A DNA stretch of 10,732 bases from a virus. Lineage: Duplodnaviria; Heunggongvirae; Uroviricota; Caudoviricetes. The translations under genes were made by a program, and so were the position numbers. The notes below the pieces were generated by a model. It saw only the letters and a program-made list of their open reading frames with translations, was not told the DNA's origin and searched no databases. The stretch lies in IMG/VR virus record IMGVR_UViG_3300037067_004979, positions 1 to 10,732 of that record; one strand, 5' to 3'. This document shows, piece after piece, positions 1 through 6,328 of this stretch. Positions within the stretch are counted from its first letter, which is position 1. Each line of letters starts with the position of its first letter.

Positions 1-10
1 GGTAACCTAG

Positions 11-202
11 ATTAAAATATATAAGTGTTCTGCATGTAGCTGTGGTGATTGCAGAGAGGGAAAAACTGGTAGAGAATACTGGTTTTGTCCTCATTTTAAT
101 GATGATATATGTTCAATATGTTGTATATATGATTCAACAGCATCAGATATGAATTTTGATGAGTGTGCAACCTGCATACATGATAAGGATAGAGAAAAGT
201 AG
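11..202 (+). CDS. Small Cys-rich protein (63 aa, 10 Cys), putative non-canonical ATT start; not in ORF track
   Basis: Frame 2 reads (I/M)KIYKCSACSCGDCREGKTGREYWFCPHFNDDICSICCIYDSTASDMNFDECATCIHDKDREK*. An in-frame TAG lies at 8-10. Its stop TAG (200-202) overlaps the GTG start of the next gene. Confidence 0.55.
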   Translation: MKIYKCSACSCGDCREGKTGREYWFCPHFNDDICSICCIYDSTASDMNFDECATCIHDKDREK

Positions 203-405
203 TGATAAATAATAATCATTATAAATGTAAGTTTTGTAGTAATACTGCAACTAGGTGCCTACATTATAAGATAACTAATCCAATGGCTGGTGTATATGAA
301 TGGTGGGGATCCCCAGTGTGTTCTAAACATGCCATGTTAGCTAAGTTAGATATGTGGGAACTATACCCAAAGGAGATATATTTTGAAGACAAAAATAAAG
401 TATGA
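202..405 (+). CDS. Small Zn-finger protein (CxxC...CxxH) with MLAKL motif
   Basis: YKCKFC near the N-terminus and VCSKHAMLAKL near the C-terminus; GTG start coupled to the upstream TAG. Confidence 0.7.
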   Translation: MINNNHYKCKFCSNTATRCLHYKITNPMAGVYEWWGSPVCSKHAMLAKLDMWELYPKEIYFEDKNKV

Positions 406-937
406 TGATTGGATTGAGACATACTCTGGTATAAGATTTCATCCAATAAGGCCAAGTCTTAATGAATTTGTAATCAAGGATGTTGCCCATGCTCTGTCTA
501 TGATATGTAGATATACTGGGCACTGCAGTGATTTCTATTCTGTGGCCCAACACTCTGTTTATGTTAGCATGGTTTGTGATGAGTTTAGGTTTGAGGGATT
601 AATGCATGATGCTGTTGAGGCATACATATCTGATGTAAACACAACTGTAAAGATGCACTTAGATGATTATAGAGAGCTTGAGTATGATATAATGGAGGTA
701 ATGGCAAAGCGATTTGGTTTTAGCCCCCCACCGCTACCAGATGAGGTAAAGAATGCCGATATCATGGTGCTTGAGTGGGAACATCAAAACCTGTTTAAGT
801 CTGGTATAAAGTGGAGTACAAGCCATCTTGAGATCGATGATAGATTAAAGAAGATTAAGTTTAAGGCATTAGAACCAAGAGAGGCTTGTGATCTATTTAT
901 GGATACATACACAAAAATAATTGGAGAAAAAAGATGA
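383..937 (+). CDS. HD-domain phosphohydrolase, YfdR/YfbR-like 5'-deoxynucleotidase family
   Basis: Motifs IETYSG..F, DVAHALS.ICRYTGH, FYSVAQHS, LMHDAVEAY.SD and VK.AD match the prophage YfdR-type HD family; HD dyad at 605-610; TTG start preceded by AAGGAG. Confidence 0.9.
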   Translation: MKTKIKYDDWIETYSGIRFHPIRPSLNEFVIKDVAHALSMICRYTGHCSDFYSVAQHSVYVSMVCDEFRFEGLMHDAVEAYISDVNTTVKMHLDDYRELEYDIMEVMAKRFGFSPPPLPDEVKNADIMVLEWEHQNLFKSGIKWSTSHLEIDDRLKKIKFKALEPREACDLFMDTYTKIIGEKR

Positions 938-1107
938 TATTTCTTAGTAATATGTTTTTAATACTTGGTGTGGTATGTCTTATTGTTGGGATTTCTTTAA
1001 TATTAGTATCTAATTCTACTACAATGTTATTGATCGGGTTTTTTGTTGGTTTGTCTACCATATTATGTTGGTTTTTAGGTGTACTTTTTGAAAGGAGGTC
1101 TCATTGA
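934..1107 (+). CDS. Small two-TM membrane protein (57 aa), holin-like topology; not in ORF track
   Basis: MIFLSNMFLILGVVCLIVGISLILVSNSTTMLLIGFFVGLSTILCWFLGVLFERRSH*. ATGA overlap with the HD gene stop and TTGA overlap with the next start; fills the gap exactly. Confidence 0.75.
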   Translation: MIFLSNMFLILGVVCLIVGISLILVSNSTTMLLIGFFVGLSTILCWFLGVLFERRSH

Positions 1108-1376
1108 GGGTATACTGTGATAATGAAAAGTGTCAGTTTTTCATAAAGCTGAAAGATAAGAAGAGCTTTCAGTTTAGAAAGGGGTACTATAAGCCATTTG
1201 AAGAGGACTTCATCAAGGGTGAGTGTTCATGCGATGAAATTATAGTTAATTCTGTTGAGTTACACAATAGAGATATATCACAAGATCAGGCTATTTGTGG
1301 TGATGATATAGATAGAGTTGATAATCCATCCTATGATTGTATGCGTAAAGCTGAGCAACTGAGGTTTGGCATATGA
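1104..1376 (+). CDS. Cys-rich hypothetical protein, DUF1540-like pattern
   Basis: V.C-x4-C.F...GEC..DEIIV...AIC pattern; strong SD AAAGGAGGT at 1091-1099 before the TTG start. Confidence 0.7.
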   Translation: MRVYCDNEKCQFFIKLKDKKSFQFRKGYYKPFEEDFIKGECSCDEIIVNSVELHNRDISQDQAICGDDIDRVDNPSYDCMRKAEQLRFGI

Positions 1377-1624
1377 TAGTAAAGTGTAATAAGATAGATT
1401 GTCTTTGGAATGACTGTTGTGATATAATGAGTGGTGGTTGCAAGAGAGATGAGATTATATTTCAGCCATCAAGAATATTTGGTGAAGCAAAGGCTGTGTG
1501 CAGATGCTTCTCTAGAAGGAAGGTGAGAGGACACATGGATTGGTCTAGATTCCCACAAGGTGGTAGTATCGATGACCATTATGCTGATGTCCTGGCTAAT
1601 GATAAAGAAAAACATAGATTTTGA
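1373..1624 (+). CDS. Cys-rich hypothetical protein, DUF1540-like; probable paralog of the upstream gene
   Basis: VKC-x4-CLWN...GGC..DEII...AVCRCF; ATGA overlap with the upstream gene; GAGGT upstream. Confidence 0.7.
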   Translation: MIVKCNKIDCLWNDCCDIMSGGCKRDEIIFQPSRIFGEAKAVCRCFSRRKVRGHMDWSRFPQGGSIDDHYADVLANDKEKHRF

Positions 1625-1806
1625 TGAAGGTTATATATAGAGATAAAAAAACTGGGGATATTGTGAGATCCTATATCTGTGATATATGTGGATCCCCCAT
1701 AGGTAGAATTGATGTGAGTAAACTAAGAAGGATTGGTATTTTGTCGGAAAGAATGGATAGAATGTGCTGCAGGTGTGGTAAGGAAATAAAGAAAAATGAT
1801 GTTTGA
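1621..1806 (+). CDS. Small Zn-finger protein (CxxC...CxxC)
   Basis: ICDICG.PI and MCCRCGKEI; 4-nt overlaps at both ends. Confidence 0.7.
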   Translation: MMKVIYRDKKTGDIVRSYICDICGSPIGRIDVSKLRRIGILSERMDRMCCRCGKEIKKNDV

Positions 1807-2021
1807 TTACAGAAGAGGGTCTGACTAATCTGATTGGTGCTATATTTAGGTTGGTAGCCCAAGATATTAGGTATGGTAATGACTCTGCTAGAGAGGATGC
1901 CTTGGATTTTCTACAATCAAGTTGGTACATGGAGTTATGTGATTTGATAGAAGTAGATCCCAAAAAATTAAGAAAGCTTATCCTAAAGAATAAGATAGCC
2001 TGGAGAAATAAGTATGAGTAA
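1803..2021 (+). CDS. Small helical hypothetical phage protein
   Basis: Overlap-coupled at both ends. The pattern L..AIF...AQD...A..F..S.W...LC....DP..L recalls a small family common in Firmicutes prophages (from memory, not searched). Confidence 0.7.
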   Translation: MITEEGLTNLIGAIFRLVAQDIRYGNDSAREDALDFLQSSWYMELCDLIEVDPKKLRKLILKNKIAWRNKYE

Positions 2022-2247
2022 ATGTTATTTGTGTGGGAGTGAAGATAGTGATAAGTGGTTTAGAATTAAATTACCTAGCTCTTCCCACAATATAAAAATT
2101 GATTCTTTATATCCATATTTTGATGTAAGTAACTATCACCTAATTTGTAAAAAATGCGTGATGTTATCTAAGTTAGAAGATGATGAAAATAGTCTTAATA
2201 TTAAAATAAAGAATAAGTATTTGAGGAAAGCATATGGGGGATCCTGA
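2014..2247 (+). CDS. Small Zn-finger protein (CxxC...CxxC) with MLSKL motif
   Basis: KCYLCG and LICKKCVMLSKLE; overlaps both neighbours. Confidence 0.72.
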   Translation: MSKCYLCGSEDSDKWFRIKLPSSSHNIKIDSLYPYFDVSNYHLICKKCVMLSKLEDDENSLNIKIKNKYLRKAYGGS

Positions 2248-2806
2248 AGATACAAAAGATTTAGTCCCAAAGAAAAAGAGTGGTAGAAGACCTGGATCAA
2301 AGAGTACCTATAAGCTTACACCAGAATTAATTCATCAGGCTAAGATGATGTATATTTCTGGTAAAACAATACCAGAGATACAAAATTTGATGGGTTTATC
2401 TAGCTCTAATACACTGTATGCTCACATGAAGAAGGAAAAGTGGGAGGAAAAGAGAGAGAAGTTTCTCAGTTCTTCCATGAGTGGCAAGCTTAACACAATG
2501 ATGAAGAACACACTTGCTGAAACCGAGAAGATGATTGAGGATCTCAGAACCATAAGAGATCGAGCCATAGAGCCCATTGATGCTGGTAGTCTTAAACCAG
2601 GTAAGTTTGGTGAAGCTGGAACTGCATACATGAATGCTGTTGAGCTGGAAAAGAAACTAAGAACAGAGGCCCTACACCTATCATTTATCACTGAGGTGGC
2701 TAAGATTCTGAGAGAGGAGATCAAGGATACAGACCTCTTGATAAAGATTGGTAAGAGACTGAGAGATCTATTTGATGATAGAAAGAAGGAGTTAGAGGGA
2801 CCATAG
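2234..2806 (+). CDS. terS: Probable terminase small subunit
   Basis: N-terminal HTH (AKMMYISGKTIPEIQNLMGLSSSNTLYAHMKKEKWEEKR) followed by a helical/coiled-coil body; 190 aa; 380 nt upstream of TerL. Confidence 0.7.
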   Translation: MGDPEDTKDLVPKKKSGRRPGSKSTYKLTPELIHQAKMMYISGKTIPEIQNLMGLSSSNTLYAHMKKEKWEEKREKFLSSSMSGKLNTMMKNTLAETEKMIEDLRTIRDRAIEPIDAGSLKPGKFGEAGTAYMNAVELEKKLRTEALHLSFITEVAKILREEIKDTDLLIKIGKRLRDLFDDRKKELEGP

Positions 2807-3000
2807 TGATGATATCCAGGGTCTATAAGTGTAATTATTGTCACGAGCTAATTAGAAGTAAGTATCTATACATACTTACTAAATACTGTGACAATGAATA
2901 CTATTCTGCTAGTAGGCCATCTGATGGCTATGTGTATTATGATGCATTTCACTTTAACTGTGTAAAGAGAGTTGTCATGTTAAATAAGTTACGTGCTTGA
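2806..3000 (+). CDS. Small CxxC-x36-HxxC Zn-finger protein (PARP-finger-like spacing) with MLNKL motif
   Basis: YKCNYCHELIR...AFHFNCVKRVVMLNKL; start GTG 2806 or ATG 2809. Confidence 0.72.
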   Translation: MMISRVYKCNYCHELIRSKYLYILTKYCDNEYYSASRPSDGYVYYDAFHFNCVKRVVMLNKLRA

Positions 3001-3199
3001 GATTTTGGGTGAAAGAATGACAAGGAATGAAACATGTTATCTTTGTAAAATGCACATACGTGGAAGCTATATGTATTTAGTGGTTTATGATAGAATTGTC
3101 AAGGTGAAGAAACCTGACTTTGGTTATTATCATAGGCCATTCCACAGTAGATGTGCTAGAAGAGTACTGATGTTGGAGGCTTTGAGTGGCCAAGGTTGA
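2993..3199 (+). CDS. Small CxxC-x32-HxxC Zn-finger protein with MLEAL motif; paralog of the upstream gene
   Basis: TCYLCKMHIR...PFHSRCARRVLMLEAL. An alternative start at ATG 3017 follows GGGTGA (3007-3012). Confidence 0.72.
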   Translation: MLEILGERMTRNETCYLCKMHIRGSYMYLVVYDRIVKVKKPDFGYYHRPFHSRCARRVLMLEALSGQG

Positions 3200-4841
3200 G
3201 GATTTCATAAAGTATGATGATGGATTTGATCATCTAGCTGATCTATTATCAAATACCAAGGGTAGTATTAATCTAACAACATTTGATAACTTTGTGCAGG
3301 ATGTATTCTCTAAGAGTTATCCAGATTACTCATTTAATACATGGCATATAAGGTTGATTAGCTCATGGATAGATGAGATTCTGTCTTCTAAAAATAGATT
3401 AGCCATAGCAGCACTTCCTCGTTATCATCTAAAGAGCACACTATGTGGATATGCACTATCAATATTTCGTATGCTGCAATCATTTGGGGATGGCCTATAT
3501 GTTAGCTATAAGGAGGAGTTAGCCCAATTTCATCTTAGTAATCTCAAGCAGGCCATAACCAGAAATGAGTTGTTGAGTAGTATCTTTAAGGACCAAAAAA
3601 CACAGTCAGATTCAATGATAAACTATAAGATTGGGGATAGAAAGATAGTCAGAATGTTCTCCTCTGGTATATTTTCAATGAAGAGGGGTATTCACACTGA
3701 TAGCTGTGTTGTGGTTGATGATATTCTTGGTACCGTTGATAACCCACTGGTACTTACTGATCTAGAGAAGGCTGAGAGGATGTTCAACCAGGAGATAATG
3801 AATATCCCAAATCCAGGATGTCCACTCATTGTATTTGGTACTGCCATTGATTACTCCGATCTATTGTTTAAGTTAAGAGATAATGCAGAGTTTGGCCATC
3901 TATGGTTACCTGCTATTAGTCCTCTTGCAGCAGAGAAAGATGAGTACCGAAAGATATATGGTAATCCAGATGTACTGTGGGAAACAAGATTTAATAGATC
4001 TTGGCTTGATGGAAGGAAGGCCCAGGCTGGTTGGAAATCATTTGCGTCAGAGTTTCTTCTGATGCCAGTCTTATCTGCTGAGGCCTTCTTTACCAGGAAT
4101 GATCTTGATCCATGCATAGATAAGGCTCTAAAGAATTACTCTATCTATCAGGGGTATGATAAGGAATGGCACCATGTTGTTGCAGGTTTGGATATAGGCA
4201 AGAGAAGACACCCATCTCATCTATCTGTGTTTGTTGATGATAAGAATGATAATCTATTACAGATACATCAGGAATTTTGGGACGGGGTGGAATACACAGA
4301 GCAGGTGGATAGAATAAAAACTGCTATTAGTAATTTTGGGATAGATAAGATGTATATAGACTGTACTCGTGGTGAGATGGAAGAGAGAGGTCTACCCCGT
4401 GAGTGTGTTATGATAAAGTTTACTGGTAAGGGCCAGCGCAGTCAGGCCTCATTTGCTAATGATTTTGCTAAAAGAGTTGAGAACCACAAGGTAAAGCTAA
4501 TTGATGATGATCGGTTTTTATCACAGATACTATGTGTATCTAATGATCTAAAAGCCCCACAGACTGTGGGTGGTCATGGTGATTCCTTTTGGAGTGTTGC
4601 TCTAGCGCTTGGTGCATATCAGGATTACTATGCATCAGACAGGGGTAGAGCATTCTCATATATGGGAAATCTACAGGAGCAGTTTATAGACCATGCTCCA
4701 GCTGAGATTAGAAGTGAATCCAGCACATGCCCTGTGTGTCATAAGAGATTGCTGGTCGATACTGATAATGGGCAACGGTGTGATAATTGTTTTTCATTTT
4801 TTGAGGGTGGTGTAAAAAATGTTAGGAGCCAGATTGTATAA
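3186..4841 (+). CDS. terL: Terminase large subunit with C-terminal Zn ribbon
   Basis: Walker A-like PRYHLKST (3417-3440), Walker B VVVDD, coupling-region FGTA, nuclease motifs VAGLDIG, MYIDCT and GHGDSFWSVALA; GGAGG SD before the GTG start; CPVC-x13-CDNC tail. Confidence 0.95.
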   Translation: MAKVEDFIKYDDGFDHLADLLSNTKGSINLTTFDNFVQDVFSKSYPDYSFNTWHIRLISSWIDEILSSKNRLAIAALPRYHLKSTLCGYALSIFRMLQSFGDGLYVSYKEELAQFHLSNLKQAITRNELLSSIFKDQKTQSDSMINYKIGDRKIVRMFSSGIFSMKRGIHTDSCVVVDDILGTVDNPLVLTDLEKAERMFNQEIMNIPNPGCPLIVFGTAIDYSDLLFKLRDNAEFGHLWLPAISPLAAEKDEYRKIYGNPDVLWETRFNRSWLDGRKAQAGWKSFASEFLLMPVLSAEAFFTRNDLDPCIDKALKNYSIYQGYDKEWHHVVAGLDIGKRRHPSHLSVFVDDKNDNLLQIHQEFWDGVEYTEQVDRIKTAISNFGIDKMYIDCTRGEMEERGLPRECVMIKFTGKGQRSQASFANDFAKRVENHKVKLIDDDRFLSQILCVSNDLKAPQTVGGHGDSFWSVALALGAYQDYYASDRGRAFSYMGNLQEQFIDHAPAEIRSESSTCPVCHKRLLVDTDNGQRCDNCFSFFEGGVKNVRSQIV

Positions 4842-5031
4842 AGCAAATAGTATTGAGAGAAAACATAGAAAGAAGGTTTCATGGTGGTACTCAGCAAGAA
4901 ATGGTGTATTTAGAAAGACCAGGGTCCTTTGCTCATGCATAATGTGTGGAAACAAGAGAAAATGGAATGGACTAACACTACAAGAGATAAGACAATATCT
5001 AAAATATAGAGAAGGATTAGTAGGTGAATAG
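4819..5031 (+). CDS. Small basic hypothetical phage protein with CSC.MCGN.R...TLQE motif
   Basis: LCSCIMCGNKRKWNGLTLQEIR, a motif I recall from small phage hypotheticals; overlaps the TerL stop. Confidence 0.72.
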   Translation: MLGARLYKANSIERKHRKKVSWWYSARNGVFRKTRVLCSCIMCGNKRKWNGLTLQEIRQYLKYREGLVGE

Positions 5032-5482
5032 ATTAGATAGGGATAAAAAAATAGTTTTGTTAAGAAAAAATAATCTTTGTATGACACAGGATGAGATAGC
5101 TAGAAGGGTAAATTTGTCTGCAGCTAGGGTTGGCCAAATATTAAAGGCAGGTGGCATAGAACCAAAGCACTGGATACAGAAGAGAGTGTGCTTGAATTGT
5201 GGTGGTGTTATACTCATGAAAAAAACTCCAGGCGGTTACAGACACTACAACAGACATTTTTGTGATATGAGATGTTATCTTGAGTATAGGAATAAAAATC
5301 ACTATCTCACTGTTTATTGTTTTAATTGTGGTAAGAAATTGAAAAGGAGAATTACTGATCTATTACAATATGATTTTAGAATAAAACATGGGAGTAAGGG
5401 CAGAACCTTTTGTGACAAGAAATGCTTTGGTCAATATATTGGAACACATTATGGGTTTGGGGTTAAAAAATGTCTAGCATAG
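5024..5482 (+). CDS. HTH DNA-binding protein with two TRASH/zf-FCS-like treble-clef Zn fingers; candidate transcriptional regulator
   Basis: N-terminal HTH (TQDEIARRVNLSAARVGQIL), then CLNCG...HFCDMRC and CFNCG...TFCDKKC. Confidence 0.75.
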   Translation: MNRLDRDKKIVLLRKNNLCMTQDEIARRVNLSAARVGQILKAGGIEPKHWIQKRVCLNCGGVILMKKTPGGYRHYNRHFCDMRCYLEYRNKNHYLTVYCFNCGKKLKRRITDLLQYDFRIKHGSKGRTFCDKKCFGQYIGTHYGFGVKKCLA

Positions 5483-5850
5483 AGTTAGAGATATTTCCTC
5501 CAGCTGGAGAATTCAGTCTTAGGGAGTTGGATGAATTTATCTGGAAATTACGTGAGCGTGGTCATATACAACCTGGTATAGTGGTGTCTTATAATCAATA
5601 TAACATCTTTACTCAGGAAATGTCTAATCAAATGAGATGGATTGATGTTGGTCAAGAGAGTATAACAAAATGCCATTTAGTTATATACATGGGTTTCTAT
5701 ATTATACCTACCTCGTTTGATAGGGGTTATATATCTTCTTGTTGTGATGAGCCAACAGCAAGAGCTATCTATGATGGACATAGGGTTACCTTTTGTTGTA
5801 GGGATCATGTTACTAAAATTAGAATGCTAAGTGCATTGGGGGGTGAATAA
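5470..5850 (+). CDS. Hypothetical protein with C-terminal Cys/His finger and MLSAL motif
   Basis: SSCCDEP...FCCRDHVTKIRMLSAL; overlaps the upstream gene by 13 nt. Confidence 0.7.
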   Translation: MSSIELEIFPPAGEFSLRELDEFIWKLRERGHIQPGIVVSYNQYNIFTQEMSNQMRWIDVGQESITKCHLVIYMGFYIIPTSFDRGYISSCCDEPTARAIYDGHRVTFCCRDHVTKIRMLSALGGE

Positions 5851-5851
5851 A

Positions 5852-6256
5852 ATGGATTATGAGAAAACAGTACCAGAGAGATACAGAGCTACATATGATT
5901 CTAAGGGTGATAGATGGCTTATTCTAGATATGTGGCATCCACAGGTAAAGAATATGGCTGATTTATCACAGGATATACCAGAGAGCTCGCCTGCCCTCAA
6001 GATCATTGCTGGTACAGAGATGAATGCTGTAGTTGGAGCAATGATTAAGATGGGTTGGATAGATAGGATTAATAACCATAAGATTATAAAAGATAAGCCA
6101 GGTAATAATATAATTAAACATAAGTCTAATGATTATTACAGAAAACCTCACTATAACAGAAATAGAAAACCAGATATAGATTATATTGTGGAAGAGGTTG
6201 TGAAGAGATTGGGTGAAAGAAAGACAAATAAACATAATATATTTAAATATAGATAG
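5852..6256 (+). CDS. Hypothetical protein
   Basis: Open frame 5831-6256. ATG 5852 is preferred because GGGGGTGA precedes it and it abuts the upstream stop at 5850. Confidence 0.7.
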   Translation: MDYEKTVPERYRATYDSKGDRWLILDMWHPQVKNMADLSQDIPESSPALKIIAGTEMNAVVGAMIKMGWIDRINNHKIIKDKPGNNIIKHKSNDYYRKPHYNRNRKPDIDYIVEEVVKRLGERKTNKHNIFKYR

Positions 6257-6328
6257 TTATTTTTATTGGCACGATTTCATGATTATGAGAAATAAGCTTA
6301 TAGCTCGAGCTGTTGGGGGGTGATGCCA
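6257..6328 (+). promoter_or_regulatory. Intergenic control region before the portal: adjacent palindromes and SD
   Basis: Largest gap in the window; perfect 10-bp palindromes ATAAGCTTAT (6292-6301) and AGCTCGAGCT (6302-6311); SD-like GGGGGTGA (6316-6323); TTGGCA (6266-6271) has no good -10 partner. Confidence 0.35.

Noticed and set aside
8-202. TAG stop-codon reassignment (suggested by the in-frame TAG at 8-10)
   Set aside because: Long genes have no internal TAG, and TAG ends several genes with coupled downstream starts (200-202, 2804-2806, 8108-8110), so the standard code fits.
304-315. 12-bp perfect palindrome TGGGGATCCCCA
   Set aside because: It lies inside a coding region (W-G-S-P codons), is not repeated in full, and has no regulatory context; chance is plausible.
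383-937. DatZ / 2-aminoadenine (Z-genome) system
   Set aside because: The sequence matches the YfdR-like subfamily better, and no purZ or mazZ is in the window.
5470-5720. Faint resemblance of the N-terminal part to an HK97-fold capsid subdomain (P.IVVS..QY...Y.G..II)
   Set aside because: Too few conserved positions and the protein is far too short for a capsid protein; only structure prediction could support it.
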